From Octopus vulgaris (lineage: Eukaryota): a stretch of 64,000 nt of DNA. Shown in pieces: positions 1 to 14,379 of the stretch (the first letter of the stretch is position 1; the number at the start of each line of letters is the position of its first letter). The notes below the pieces were generated by a model. The model made no database searches. It was not told the origin of the DNA and was given only the letters and a program-made list of their open reading frames with translations. The stretch covers positions 127,968,001-128,032,000 of the forward strand of contig OX597817.1 of assembly GCA_951406725.2 (NCBI GenBank), given 5' to 3'. The translations under genes and the position numbers were made by a program.

Positions 1-761
1 TAATGTCTTACATGAACAATGATACATTCAACATTGTAGTCAGAGCTGAATTGGGCTAAGCAGGTTGTTACAACACAGATTCTTATAACATAATTAAGCC
101 ATAGAAGATATATGAATATCGTTTCATTTTGCTATATACTTAACATTCGACATATAGAGTTTTAACTCAACAATTTTTAAAAAAGAAAAGAATTGAATTA
201 AAGATAATTTTAAACTAATAAATGTTAGCGTATAGAAATGCCTCCCAGCATGAAAACCTTAATGAAAATCTTAGCATCAAATCGAAAAATCAGAGAGAAA
301 TCTAGATTAGAATTAAAATAAAAAATAGAGACTCACACGAACGAATAAGCAAAAACAAAATTATAGAATAATTAATTGTATAAACCATTCCTCAAATATG
401 AAGTTAATTTCATGCTAATCAAACAGTAAAATAAAATGATTTCAATTGAAAAGTAAATGATAAATTCGTCTTTTTAATACACGAAGATAAAGTATTTTAC
501 AAACTATATAAATACAAACGAGAAATTATAAATGAAACGCCTCAGAGATATTTTGCTTGCAACGGATCATAATTTAACATATTTACTATAATTTGAGAAA
601 ATGCACACAAATAAACATACACGCACACATAAATAATTGAATTTTTCATCGAATAATGTAATAAACCATATAACAGAACATTATTTGCATGAATAAAATA
701 ATGAGAATGTAATGATGATGACAATAATAATAGTACTACTATACTACGACTAAATAGTAAT

Positions 762-937
762 CTTTTCTATTATAGGCACAAGGCCTGAAATTGTAGGAGG
801 GCAGGGGGGAAAATTGTTTACATCATTGACTGGTATTTATTCCATCAACTCCGAAAGAATGAAAGGCAAATATGACCGCGGTGGAATTTGAACATAGACG
901 AAATGCCGTTAAACAATTTATCTGTATGCTAAAGATT
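762..937 (-). mobile_element. tRNA-derived SINE family A, degenerate copy
   Basis: Shares 'gaaaggcaaa..gaccgcggtggaatttgaac..gacgaaatgccg' with better copies at 1652-1867, 6935-7081 and 58065-58272. Confidence 0.7.
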
Positions 938-1019
938 TTCATTATAGCAGCTCATGGTCAAACGCTGCAAAGAAACAACTTGAGAAAATGTACATGGAGA
1001 AAATTTGACGGCAAAAGGA

Positions 1020-1615
1020 AGATTGTCTAGTATTTGAAATGAAAAATGGCACATATTGTTGATCCAGGTAGAATATGAAAAAAAAAATAGAGAGCATTAT
1101 CAAATAGTAAACGTTTTACACTGAAAACTTTGTTGGAAATAGAGGTTTGAAGCGAGAAGTACATGGTACATTCATCGAGTAAAAAGAGTACTTTACTCAG
1201 AAACAAGATAGATCATAACAAGTCACGTATTACAAAAATGAATAAGGAAATCGTATTTGCTTACAGATTGATCCCTCATGTCCATTATAATACCAGGATT
1301 GCGAAGAGAGCAGACGCTGGGTTAAAAATTTACCGTTGAAAGTTGACAGTACAAGGAATTCTAACATGAGATCTGTAATGATTGTACCATTAAAGAATGA
1401 GATGAGAACATGGACATTGTATGTAAAGGAGATTGGAATGGAAAGTCCTGTAAAATTTTACAGCTGGTTTCCCTCTTAAGACCAGGAAAATTCATGAGAA
1501 GTGTTTTGGGCACTTCATAGCTTATTGAAATCATATGGATATGTGCGTTTACGGGCAGTACCGTTACCCACATTCATCCAACAAAAATAAGACCTGTCCT
1601 GCGCCAAGTCAACTA
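1020..1615 (+). pseudogene. Highly decayed 3' end of an RLE-type (R4/Dong-like) non-LTR retrotransposon
   Basis: Broken-frame remnants 'CLQIDPSCP' (cf. CxLIDVxxP) and 'CVLGTS' (cf. LLGTAHIL), then a 3' UTR-like stretch ending in (AAC)n/(AAT)n. Confidence 0.4.
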
Positions 1616-1651
1616 ATAACAACAACAACAACAATAATAATAATTATAATA

Positions 1652-1867
1652 ATCCTTTCTACCATAGACACAATGACTGAAACTTGTGGGGAAGGCCTCA
1701 GTCGATCACATCGACTCTTGTACTTGATTGATGCTTAATTTATCCACACCAAAAGGATGAGAGGCAAAGTCGACCTCGGCGGAATTTGAACTCTGAATGT
1801 AAAAATGGACGAAATGCCGCTAAGCGTACTGCCCGGCATGCTAAAGATTCTGCCAGCTCACCGCTTT
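1652..1867 (-). mobile_element. tRNA-derived SINE family A
   Basis: Minus strand reads gcggtgagctggcagaatc (A-box region)...gagttcaaattccgccgaggtcgactttgcctctcatcctttt (B box plus conserved body). Confidence 0.85.
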
Positions 1868-1962
1868 AGAAAAAAATTGGTGTCGCATTTCTGCCAAAAT
1901 TGTTCTCACATACAAAAATTCAAATGCCAAGTGTTCTTCAATTTCGACCGAAGTGCCACGGA

Positions 1963-1964
<2 letters not shown>

Positions 1965-2039
<75 letters not shown>

Positions 2040-2234
2040 TAATGATTCTCTAGAACAATACTATGTACAAAACCAAATACAGCCTAGGCATAACACCAAC
2101 ATGAACTTTTAAGTTGTTGTCTCTCGAGGTCTCTGGGTGAAACTTAGGTCAATTTGTAGAAATACAAAGCAACAGTCAAACATATAATAATAATAATGAT
2201 AATAATAATAATAATGATAATAATAATAATAATG

Positions 2235-2305
<71 letters not shown>

Positions 2306-2432
2306 AAGAAGAAGCAGAAGAAGAAGACGACGACGACGACGAAGAAGAAGAAGAAGAAGAAGAAGAAGAAAAAGAAGAAGAAGAAGAAGAAGAAGAAGAA
2401 GAAGAAGAAGAAGAAGAAGAAGAAGAAGAAGA
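1965..2432. repeat. Compound (TAA)n then (GAA)n microsatellite interrupted by a LINE 3' end
   Basis: Direct reading; source of the poly-I/poly-R ORFs. Confidence 0.95.
2048..2183 (+). mobile_element. Short 3'-terminal fragment of a (TAA)n-associated non-LTR element (different family from 27022-28938)
   Basis: ~135 bp of unique sequence embedded in (TAA)n on both sides, ending ...agtcaaacata(taa)n; family assignment is inferred from context. Confidence 0.5.
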
Positions 2433-2449
2433 ATTTTTTTCCTAGCTAG

Positions 2450-3020
2450 TAAGTTTTCGCAAAAATGTTTGACATCAGAAGACGAAACAGAGAAGATTTA
2501 CATAAAAACGTGTAAATTATAAAATAAAAGAAACAAAAACATTCAAACAAGAAATGATTCCCCAAAACGCGATCTACGATGGCAAAATGAGAAGAGCTCC
2601 ACACAGAGTTGACCCTGACGACCAGGGAAAGATAGCATTTCCCTCAGTCTATAGTCGTACATCCGTAGCAAGCCTATTCATTCGAGCCTTGCTTACCGCT
2701 CTCATCCAACTTTCGACGAATTTGTTATGACACTGCACTTCATTCTACACCTTCCATCATGAGAAAATTAAAAATTTGAAGAGGGCTTGGCCAAAGAAGA
2801 CGGTGTCTGTCTTCTGTTCTTTCAGTCTTGCCCACTACAAAATCTTTTTTATCCTGGTTACCGGGCAGCTGAAATCTGCCTGTCTTTCTCAGCCAAAGTA
2901 AGGCAGAGATGATCTTCACAATAGACTCAGTTGATAGCCGGATGTCTCCTACACGCGACAGCATGTAGCTGACATAATTCCACAAGACAGCAACCGTCAT
3001 GTGGACAGTAGTGAAAGCCT
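2450..3020 (-). pseudogene. Decayed L1/Tx1-like LINE ORF2 C-terminus and 3' UTR
   Basis: ORF 2740-3000(-) 'VAVLWNYVSYMLSRVGDIRLSTESIVKI' resembles the post-zinc-finger segment of Tx1-like ORF2; frameshifted; T-rich 3' end on the minus strand. Confidence 0.5.
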
Positions 3021-3566
3021 TCTTTCAACGGTTATTTTCTGTTGTTGCTGGGGCGGAGAAACCTCGAGGTTATTTGTCTTTCCACAGTTGGAATATCGAT
3101 GACTTGTTCGCCCCACTCCAACCATTTTGTTAGGCTGGGGAATTTGTCTCATGCATCACTCAGTTCGCATCGTTTAATTCATCCCATTCTAACTTTCCTT
3201 TTGCTATCATTCTATTTCTAGCAGGGTGCTGCGATCATTCACAACCTTATGCTTCATCACCCTCCACTAACATAGTACTGATGGCATATTCGAGAAATTT
3301 ACTTGGATCACACTCAGTCTCAAATAGATTAGTTTCAGCGTAAACTCTTCAACCCTTTGTGGAACGATGAATTGCTCTGGGCTATGGTTTCGTAATAGTT
3401 TAGCAACTATCGGCAGGTCCCAAAAACTGATAGCTACCCATATGTTTCTAAGACACGGTCCAGCTTCGTTTAATGTATACGCTCTAGTTTGTGTCTTTTC
3501 GTTGGTAATCAACTATACAGAACTGTTTTCTTTTCTGTTCGAGCAAAAAGGTTTTGTGTCCTAGTT

Positions 3567-3634
3567 TCTTAATGTGTCCTAGTCTGTTAATGTGTTCTAG
3601 TCTGTTAATGTGTTCTAGTCTGTTAATGTGTTCT
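3567..3634. repeat. 18-bp tandem repeat (ttaatgtgttctagtctg) x~4
   Basis: Direct reading. Confidence 0.9.
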
Positions 3635-4168
3635 TACGTCTCTTTTAAATGTGCATGCATTTTATCAAGTGAGACAATGTCGAAAACGTTAGTAATAGCA
3701 TTTCTGTGTTTTTATTGCTGCTGCTGCTGCTACTGCTGCTACTGCTACTGCTGCAACAGCTGCTGCTGCTGTTGTTGTTACCGGTATACTCCTGCTAGTT
3801 TTGCCTTTGCTATTATTTCTGCTGTTCTTGCTGTTGTTACTTTTGTTAATGTCATTGTTTTTGCTTTTACTACTACTACTGCCGTTTGCTTTCAAAGCAA
3901 TTATCTTTTCTCTTTGAATTGTGTATCTATCATTGCACTGCAGCTATGCTGGAATGGGACACTGCCTAGAAGCGTTCAGACGAACAATCGACCTTCGTAA
4001 ATTTTTGATGATTTATGTAACAGTCTCTCTTGCTGAAAATGAACAAGCTATCACTGGTTGTCAGGTGGGTGTAGGGGAGCAAAGACAAATACAAACACTC
4101 ACGCATACGTAATTACATACATGCACACATATATATATATTTACACACACACATACATATATACATAT

Positions 4169-4257
<89 letters not shown>

Positions 4258-4510
4258 ACTGGGTTGAATGGTACTGACCAGGTGTCGAAGCCATAGTGAT
4301 ATCTGTTTGGCAGCTGATGACGGGAATATAAATTTGCTATTCTTCTTCGAAGATGTTTATAACTCATTATTTATAGTCGCCCTTCATTCTAGTGGAAAAT
4401 ATCTTTATGGTTTATAAAGGTTACATTGATATTGGTTGCTTTTATTGCTTCATATTCTTATTAAGTTTAGATAATGCAGAGTTATAAGTGTTTGGTTCTG
4501 CGAGTTCTGT

Positions 4511-4591
<81 letters not shown>

Positions 4592-4593
<2 letters not shown>

Positions 4594-4988
4594 GATTACA
4601 TCGACCCCACTGATCAGTTTGTACGCAGTTTATCGAGCGAACGAATGAAAGGCAAAGTCTCAACCTCAGCAACATTTCAACTCAGAAAGTAAAGCCGGAC
4701 GAAATGCCACGAAGAATTTTGTCTAGTGGTGTTAACGATTCTGCCTGCTCTCCATATTACGCAACAACTTTAATAATATTCTCTACAAAAAGCATAAGGT
4801 ATGAAATTTTGGAAGATGGGGCCAGTCGCTTAAATCGCCACCACTGCTCAACAGATATTATTTCATCGAAACTACAAGGATGGCGATCAAAGTTGACCTC
4901 GGCAGCATTTGAACACGGAACGTAAGGACGAGCGAAATGCCCTTAATTAGTTTGTCCATCGCGTTAACAATTCTGCCAACTAGCCGCT
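4592..4988 (-). mobile_element. Two tandem degenerate copies of SINE family A (4592-4752, 4781-4988)
   Basis: Each has a variant of aaagtcgacctcggc...tttgaac...gacgaaatgcc...gttaacgattctgcc. Confidence 0.75.
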
Positions 4989-5278
4989 TTCCATAACAAC
5001 TATGATAATAAAAACAATATTGGTAAATATGATGATGAAGATGATAATGATCAAAATATCTTTTTACCATGATAATCAAATAAAACGAAAGTACTATAAA
5101 CAAATATTAATCAATAATACAGAAGGAGGGTAAGTATCTGTTGAGCATTGGATTTCTGCAGCGATGTTATTTCTAGCTTGGCTTTGAATTATTTTACTGT
5201 GATAGAGGAACCGTGAAGTTTAATGTCGGTTCTGATAAATGCAAAAGACAATCTGCTGTTTAAATCTCGTATATAGTT

Positions 5279-5338
<60 letters not shown>

Positions 5339-5340
5339 GT

Positions 5341-6872
5341 ACAATCATAAAATTCATAGAGCACTCTATGAATAAATGGCAAACAGTCCTACACCTCCAA
5401 ACAAAAGAGGGACTCATAAAAACCAAAGACATCCCCATTAGAAGAGGAATATTCCAGGGAGATACGCTCTCTCCACTCCTTTTCTGCTTGGCACTGTCAC
5501 CTCTATCTGATATGCTAAATAGAACTGGATGCGGATATAAATGTTACGGCAAAACGATCAGCCACCTTTTATATATGGATGACCTAAAACTATACGCTGC
5601 AAATGACAAACAGCTGGAAACACTATTAAAGACAGTTCATGGATTTACCAAAGAAATAGATATGAAATTTGGATTAGAAAAATGCGCCAAAGTAACCATG
5701 AAAAGAGGAAAATTAGTTAAGAGTAACAACATCACACTAGATAAAACCAATGAAATAAAAGAATTAGACCAAAGCCAAACTTACAAATACTTAGGAATCC
5801 ATGGACTAGATAAGACACAACACACACAAATGAAAGAGAAAAAAAAAAAAGAATATTATAGACGAGTTAGATCAATACTAAAACAGAGCTCAATGCTAAA
5901 AACAAGATAATAGGTATCAACACTTTAGCTGTCCCAGTTATAAGTTACAGCTACAATATCCTTAACTGGACACGAAATGAACTGTCCAAAATAGATAGGA
6001 AAACAAGAAAAATACTGACAGGATCTAGAAACACGAAGAAGAAGAAGAAGATGATGAAGAAACAACAAAAGCTATAAAACAAATGAAATCCAAACTAAAA
6101 ATAGAACAGCAACGAACCATGATAAAACGATGGCAAGAAAAGCCCCTTCATGGTAAATACTGCACTAAACTAAACGCAAAAGAAATAGACAAAGAAAAAT
6201 CCCAGCAATGGTTGAGAAGCTCAGGACTCAAAGCAGAAACAGAGGGATTTTTAATTGCAGCACAAGACCAAAGCCTCCCCACCAGAAATTACCAAAAACA
6301 TGTAATGAAAAGAAATATTACAAGTAACTGCAGAATATGTGGAGATGGACAAGAAACAATAAATCATATTATCTCTAGCTGCCCAGTCCTGGCTAAGAAG
6401 GAATATATTCACAGACATGACAGAGTTGGAACCTACATACATCGGAAGCTATGCCAACATTATGGAATAACAACAGAAAAAAGATGGTATAAGCACACAC
6501 CAGAAAAGGTCACAGAAAACGAGAAAGCAACCATACTCTGGGATATGCCGATACACACAGATAGAGAAATTAAGGCCAACAGACCAGATATAGTTGTCAA
6601 AGATCATGAAGAAAAAAAATGCTTTCTAATTGATGTATCAATACCGGCAGATGACAACGTGTCTCTAAAAGAAATGGAGAAACTCTCAAAATACAAAGAC
6701 CTGGAAATAGAGGTAACTAGAATGTGGAATCTGAAAACAGAAACAATTCCTATCATAGTAGGTGCATTAGGCATGATAAAAAAATATTCAGACAAATACA
6801 TAACAAAAACACCAGGACTTACAAACACATATAACATACAGAAAATTGCACTACTAGGCACTGCACACATCC
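5341..6872 (+). mobile_element. 5'-truncated, internally deleted R4/Dong-like non-LTR retrotransposon (RT C-half plus CCHC knuckle plus RLE endonuclease), copy 1
   Basis: Motifs GIFQGDTLSPLLF, HLLYMDDLK, KYLG, CRICGDGQETINHIISSC, RHD, RPDIVV..LIDVS, KLSKY. Frameshift near 5880; 235-bp deletion at 6028/6029 relative to copy 2 (27735-27969); 3' UTR missing; preceded by (AAT)n. Confidence 0.95.
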
Positions 6873-6934
6873 CACATGTGATAATGCCTGTTCAACAGAA
6901 CTCCAATGATAATGGATTTTTTTAAAAACTAAAT

Positions 6935-7081
6935 CAGTGCGTAACTGGTACTTAATTTATCGATCCCGAAAGGATGAAAGGTAAAGTCGACCTCGGTGGA
7001 ATTTGAACTCAGAACGTAACGGCAGACGAAATACGGCTACGCATTTCGCCCGGCGTGCTAACAATTCTGCCAGGTCGCCGT
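6935..7081 (-). mobile_element. SINE family A
   Basis: cccgaaaggatgaaaggtaaagtcgacctcggtggaatttgaactcagaacg...gctaacaattctgccagg. Confidence 0.85.
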
Positions 7082-7244
7082 CTGACTTCCTTTAGAATAT
7101 TGTTTATATTAAGTTTTACTGTATATTATAGGAAAATAAGTGTTAAAATTTCTAAAATAAAGAAAAATGAATTTTCTTTTCTTTTGTAAATTTCTTTCAT
7201 AAATTCCTTTGTCACTTTTACACTTTTCATTATCTATATTCCCC

Positions 7245-7309
<65 letters not shown>

Positions 7310-9067
7310 CTATCTCTCTCTCTCCTTCTCTTTCACTCCGACTAGCTTAGTGTTTCACTTTTAACCCGTCTTTCAATTTTTCTTTACTGATACTGCATTG
7401 TCGTATGAAAGTTTCTCTACAGTCTTTCCAGTACAGATTAGATACTTTAATCCTTCATCCACTCATTTAATCTTTGTGCACCGCGGCCAAAATAATTGGA
7501 CGTATCCTGGCGGAGCTCATCCCTCTCTAGATGAAGGCGATTTTTCTTCAAGTGAAACTAAGTAGAAAAGAAACGAGAATGATCAAAAACGATACAGGAC
7601 TGGTACCGGGAATGGGTAGCCTGAACAGTTAACGAAGTGCAAGAACGAATAGCTTGAATCGTATCTAGCGCATTAGTAACTGTACCAAGTTGCCATCATA
7701 TACTTGTCTCCCAAAGAGAAGGAATCCTAAAAAGATCTACTGTTTTTAAATTTTAGCAGTTCGTAACCTGTTGAATGAGATGTGTTAAGTTGGGATAGAA
7801 ACAGGTCATTTTTCTTATATCTATCCATCTGGCATTTTAATGAATACAACTACTGGGCGAGTGAAGGTCGAATGTTATGTGCTAGTAACTGTGATAGCAA
7901 CGTTCCACTTGTTGTGTAACTCTGGATCAGCTCTTCAGCTGAGGGATAGCTCATCAAATGTGTTCATGTTTACATTATTTTGTGTTGTTCCCTCTTTCCT
8001 TTTATACTACATATTAAAGTACTTTATTCATTGTGTCCATTTTGTGTTTAGATTGTAGGTTAATTTAGCTGTTATTTCTTGCAACTCGAGCGTTCATGTA
8101 GACAATCCCATGTTGTTGTTGTTTAGCGCTTCATCAAATCAGAACAAATATATGATCATAAATGCTTCAGCCGTGAGCAACCCGGTTATATTTTAGAAAC
8201 TACATTGCCTATTGAATAAATCATGACGTTAAGATGTGAGTCAAAGATGGCTCTGCTTTTTCTAGCTGGTCAAACTTCTGCGAAGAGCTTCCTTCGCTGG
8301 CTATAGTGACTGGAGAATAATTCGGTCATTACTGTTTTTTTTTTTGTTTTATTTTGTTGTTGTTTTTTTGTAATGATTCAAATACACTACTAAAATGATC
8401 TCCAGTCATCCCGCCTTGATTCACAAATGGAACTAAAGGCTGAATAGTTTTATTATCTGCATCTGCTTGCGAATGACAACAATCGACAATATCATGATAT
8501 ATCTATTTAGGCTTACGGGAATCGGGTTTTCCAGAAATCGAAAAAAGTTAACAAATTGGAATAAATGATTTATCAGTGAGAAAGAAGAGAGAAGAAACAA
8601 GTATTATTTTTCTTGATGGTAGCCACAACACAAATATGTCGGGGAAACTAAACTCGTGAAGTTTTCGGATCCAAATTGCTTAGTTCCGTATTGATTCGAT
8701 TATTTTATCTATCAAGCAACTTAGATAGTGTTACTGTATTAACTGAATAATAAAACTTCTTTTCAAAGAAACGATAATATCAGTGGTTTTTTTTCAGATG
8801 TGGTGTATCTTTCACTACATTAAGACATTTATCCTTTCTACACCAAACGAGGCTAAGTCGGCAAGATACTACTTAGAGAAGACGTGGATGATGTTTCTAA
8901 CATGACAAACAATGTCGTAGAAGGTTGATATATAGCTCAACAAAATGAGTCGCTCATATGAACAAATTAGTGTGTGACTCAGAAATGAGCCAATTATTGA
9001 ATTTCGACTGCTAACAGTACTGACTGACGTTCATAACATATCAACTCACACGAAAATTTTAGTATTT

Positions 9068-9302
9068 GAAGGCGCGAGTATTTGAAGGGTGTTGCATTCA
9101 TGAACGTAGGATTGTGGTTTCCTGGACGGGCGATGCTTTGAGTTCTTGAGCAAAGCACTTCATTTGAGGTTTCTCCATTCCACTTAGCTGGCAAAAAGTG
9201 TAATCTTGCGTCGTACCGGTGCTCCGTCCATTGGAAAGTATATAAACACCTCAGAATATGGGATATCGGTGTTATGAGTCCATGGCTTGGGAAGGATCTT
9301 TA
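9068..9302 (+). mobile_element. Degenerate SINE family C (related to 23797-24038)
   Basis: gaaggcgcg..ggtgttgcattcatga..cgta.gattg..gttcttgagcaaagcacttcattt shared with the copy at 23797. Confidence 0.6.
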
Positions 9303-10842
9303 AAACGTTTAATATGTGGTGCAGAAAAAACTTCAATACTTGCATACATTCTTCAACAACACCCATTTATCCATCAGTATCATCTTCAATGTATCTAATC
9401 ACTCAGATTCCAATCTAAACATTTGCCGCGGGTAACAGTATGTATTTATGTACCGGTTGTTACCTAGACAAGGGTTAGTCTACCATTAACAACCATACTA
9501 ATGATATACCACACTCCACAAAATATAAGATTCACATGTTACACCTAACATTTTGATAGGATATTTCAAAGTTGAAACATCATCATTTACGCCGTCATAT
9601 ACACTGTACAAAATTACTTCCGAGAATAGTGACCTAATATAATTAACTTCCTGTACGAGAACCAATGGAGGGATCACATTGTGGTGATTTCATCTGCTAA
9701 AAATGGCAACCAAATCTGATTGAAACCAAACGTAGCTTCCCAAACAATCATTAAGGATTCATTGCGTACTTTCGACCTAGATATATAAAAATATGAGATG
9801 TTATAGTAGTAACTGTAATGCCTTCGATCATTTGTCTGTTCAATCAGCGCTGACTCGGGATTAATAGAAACAATTAAAACAAAAAACTTCGCTGATAACA
9901 ATATTCTTAAAAACACAGATTTGCGGAGTTTCAAACTGAACATCATCCGCATCAATTTCTTCTGTCTTCGAGATCATGCCAGTCACACGGTCAGAGAATC
10001 CCGCTGTATCACTATTTTTTAAAACAAAGTGACAAACTTATGTGACTTAGTATCCAATTAAACATCAGATAATTGCTATATCGTAAAAGGAAAAAAAATC
10101 AAGAGCGGTAATGATAGGGTAGAATATCAGCAGGATTGATTAATATAAATTAATAAGGTTGCACAGCAACAACTACAACAACAACAGCAACAATAACCAC
10201 AAAAAATTTTGGCAATAAATAAAAAGTATGTTTTTGCGTAAATATAAATGGATAAATGTACATGTGTTTATACACACACCCACACACCCACACACATATA
10301 CACACATACATATATGTATACATCTATACATAGAGAGAGAGAGAGAGAGAGAGAGATGAGGAAGTAAATATATATGTATATACATATATATGCATTTACG
10401 TAGGTAGGTAGATTGGTTGGTAACTAGATACGAATATAGGAATGTAGGCAGACTACTGCAATGTCAAATCTAAGCTGTCTCTATTGAGAGTAATTACATT
10501 GATTTGTTCGTTGTTCACAATATAGCCACCATTCTACATAGTTACATAGTAACGTAGTTACGTATGTAATTTAAGGATTTTTGAACTGACATACAAAATG
10601 ATGAATGTGCGAATAATTTCAGAACAGCTAAACATTGCAACTGGTCACCACGAGACTTGCTGATGTCAACTCACACACATCCTGACTAGATGGATATAAT
10701 AATGATGTACCATTTTATGGCATTGTACATTGTCGTATTTTTTAATTTTTTTTATTTTCTTTCTTTTCGTGGTTAGATATTTTCCCGTTAAATAGCCAGC
10801 CGAGGCAAAAATCGTTCAGTTGTCTGTATGCACCTATGTGCG

Positions 10843-10874
<32 letters not shown>

Positions 10875-11152
10875 TGTATGTATGTATGTATGTATGTATG
10901 TATGTATGTATGTATGCATGTATGTATGTGTGTATGTATGTACGTACGTATGTATGTACGTATGTATGTATGTACGCATGTATGTATGCATTATGCATGT
11001 ATATGTATATACCTGTATATATAAATATGTACATATATATTTAGAGAGAAAGACAGACATACATACAGACAGACAGATAGATAGACAGACAGGCAGACAA
11101 ACAGAGATAGATTAATATAGATAAATACATATGCATATGTATATGTACGTAT

Positions 11153-11209
<57 letters not shown>

Positions 11210-11284
11210 TCTCTCTCTCTCTCTCTCTGTTGTGTGTGTACAATACGTATGTACACAAATGTATGCATAACATATTCTCTATCT

Positions 11285-11389
<105 letters not shown>

Positions 11390-11755
11390 ACATGAGGGGG
11401 TGTATGTGTGTAAGAATATATACCAGTATAAATACATAGTAATATATGCGTATAGATGTGTGTCTGTACGTATATATTAAGAAGTGACGGAAGATTTTAA
11501 AAAAGTAGATTGATTGACCACGACGTTAATACGATAATAAATGGATGCTATTAAAATCATAGACGTGGATATGTTGAATGTGACACAATAACTCTATATT
11601 AAGTCGTCTATCATATCACCGATGTATTGTTTAGTCAAAGACATTCATCAATCGCTAATGAAGACAGGAGTGGATAGAGAATATGTTATGCATACATTAG
11701 TGTACATACATATTGTACACACACAACACAGAGAGAGAGAGACATATATACATAC

Positions 11756-11817
<62 letters not shown>

Positions 11818-12064
11818 ATATATATATATGTGTGTGTTATATAATTTAGGGTATCTAAGAGATACCACCACGCTTGAAATAGCAACCAAAACGTGACTAT
11901 AAAACCACATTAAATGTTCATACAGCACCAGGGGAGAAGACAAAAAGACAAACTAATCTACAAAAAGAATTACTGGATAATTCCAGATCCCAGATTACTG
12001 GCTCTGCATAAGAAATGCTTTGCCTCATCAATGGAATAACAATCTTATCCTTATTTATATAAAT

Positions 12065-12106
<42 letters not shown>

Positions 12107-12108
<2 letters not shown>

Positions 12109-12492
12109 TTTGACTATTACGTCTTTCACTCATGAGACTGTAGTCATGCTGGGCCACCGCCTAGAAGTGTCTTAGTCGAACCAATCGATCTCAGTACTTG
12201 CTTTTATTTTAAGCCTGATAGACATTACGTCAGTTTCTCATACTGAATTACTAAGTTACGGGACATAAATAAACCAACATAGGCTATCAAACACAAACAT
12301 AAAGACACACCCACACCCACACTCGCACGCACGCACAGACACACGCATATATAATACATTTTATAAAGATAGACAGATAGATACATACATACATACATAA
12401 ATACATACATAAATATATACATGCATACACACATACATAAATACATAGACAGACAGATATACGATGGTCCTCTTTCAGTTTGCGTCTACCAG
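12107..12492 (-). mobile_element. SINE family B, partial, with internal microsatellite
   Basis: catgctgg..caccgcc, ctaagttacggga, ctttcagttt.cgtctacca shared with 40936-41321. Confidence 0.7.
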
Positions 12493-12716
12493 AATTTTTC
12501 TCCTTTTTCGTTTTACTTTTTTTACAGTTTTATAGAGAAGTCAAGAATATAATTTAGTAATATCCCTCACTAATCTATTTTGTTGATTTCATTTTGCTCA
12601 ATTTGAAACCCATGTTTTGTGTGTTATTATCCAATATTATCCCCAGTGTCTTGGGCAATAGTTGTCAATAGAAATCACCATCGTCATCACGACTACCACC
12701 ATCATTACTATTATTG

Positions 12717-13000
<284 letters not shown>

Positions 13001-13556
13001 GAGTGAGTGAGAGCAGTTCATGCCATCAAAGTGACACTGGGGTAAAATATACGAAGCCCAATATACCCATCATGACTACCCGTCTGATAAGGGTACACCA
13101 GGCACATGCATCACAACCATATGTGCGCGACATGGTAATCTCATATCAAGATAAACAGCGCATGACCTAGTAGGTGGGGCCCAGTTACAATTTTCTTCAG
13201 GTTGAGTAGCCCATCCCGCTCAAAAGGTCCCTGAATAAGGGTTGTTTAAGGATGTTGAAAGAACCACCCATGTTTCCAGAGGTGAATTATTCAAACCCCA
13301 AACAATCCCTCTCAACACATGGCTATGATGCTCCCCCACTACTTCTGCTCGTGATCGGAGATGCACATATCCTCAGCCACTAAGGGACATGCTCAACTGG
13401 TTAAAGTCAAACAACTGACAAGCAAATCTGTGGTATTGAGCAAAATATTGGCTGTAGCCCATCTTTTATACCAAGACAAAACAATGTACATGATAACACT
13501 TCCAATCAGTTAAGATCAGAAGCCATGAGAGCCACTGCCTGGTACTGCATCAGGTC

Positions 13557-13558
<2 letters not shown>
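13001..13558 (-). mobile_element. ~550-bp non-coding (TAA)n-embedded element, copy 1
   Basis: Reverse complement of 25741-26283 and 26303-26858 over its full length; (TAA)n on both sides. Confidence 0.9.
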
Positions 13559-13608
<50 letters not shown>

Positions 13609-13633
13609 GTTGTTGTTGTTGTTGTTGTTGTTA

Positions 13634-13706
<73 letters not shown>

Positions 13707-13724
13707 TATTGTTATTATTATTAT

Positions 13725-14160
13725 GTGATGAAAACTCATAGCTTATTTTTCTGGGTAGGATGGAAAGTTTCAGCAGTCCACAGCCAGGAGAGTAAGGTGA
13801 TACTTGTTTACTCGTTATGCTTCAACAACCATGCGAAGAATTCTTGCAGTTCCAAGCAATGCTGATTTTGAAAGTGTTCTACCTCCACTTTGCACCAATG
13901 ATTTTTTCAGCTATGTTGGTAGTAGAGTGATGGTACTTGCAAGTGCGCCAATTACTACTGGTATCGCTTCTACTCTCCTCATTGACCACAACCTTCGTAT
14001 TTCCCACTTCAAGTCGTCATAGTTATTTACTTTTTCTTCTTCTTTCACATTGATCCTGTTGTCACCGGGGATCGCACTGACCTATTGTATCCTACACGAT
14101 TTTAATATTCTCATTCTCGGTGACACCTTCTTGGGTTTGCTGATGCCGCGTCTGTGTTCG
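13725..14160 (-). mobile_element. 3' end (RLE C-terminus plus 3' UTR) of a second R4/Dong-like family
   Basis: Minus strand translates AIPGDNRINVKEEEKVNNYDDLKWEIRRLWSMRRVEAIPVVIGAL...KSALLGTARILR; ends in (TAA)n. Confidence 0.85.
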
Positions 14161-14222
14161 TTTATTATTGTTATTGTTGTTGTTGCTGTTTTTGTTGTTA
14201 TAATTTATGGTTGTTATTATTA

Positions 14223-14379
14223 AGGCGGCGAGCTGGCAGAATCGTTAGCACAGTGGACGAAATGCATAGCGGTGTTTCGTCTGTCTTTACGTTTTGAGTT
14301 CAAATTCCGCCGAGGGCAACTTGCCTTACATCCTTTTGGGGTCGATGAAATAAGTACCAGTTACGCACTGTAGTCGACA
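14223..14379 (+). mobile_element. SINE family A
   Basis: ggcggcgagctggcagaatcgttagca...gagttcaaattccgccgagg...catccttttggggtcgatgaaataagtacc. Confidence 0.85.

Noticed and set aside
3554-4000. 148-aa Cys-rich, hydrophobic ORF
   Set aside because: Built from an 18-bp tandem repeat and a decayed (CTG/TTG)n tract; no recognisable domain
6604-6870. Antisense ORF conserved in both LINE copies (also 28535-28828)
   Set aside because: Conservation follows from the near identity of the two copies; no independent evidence of coding
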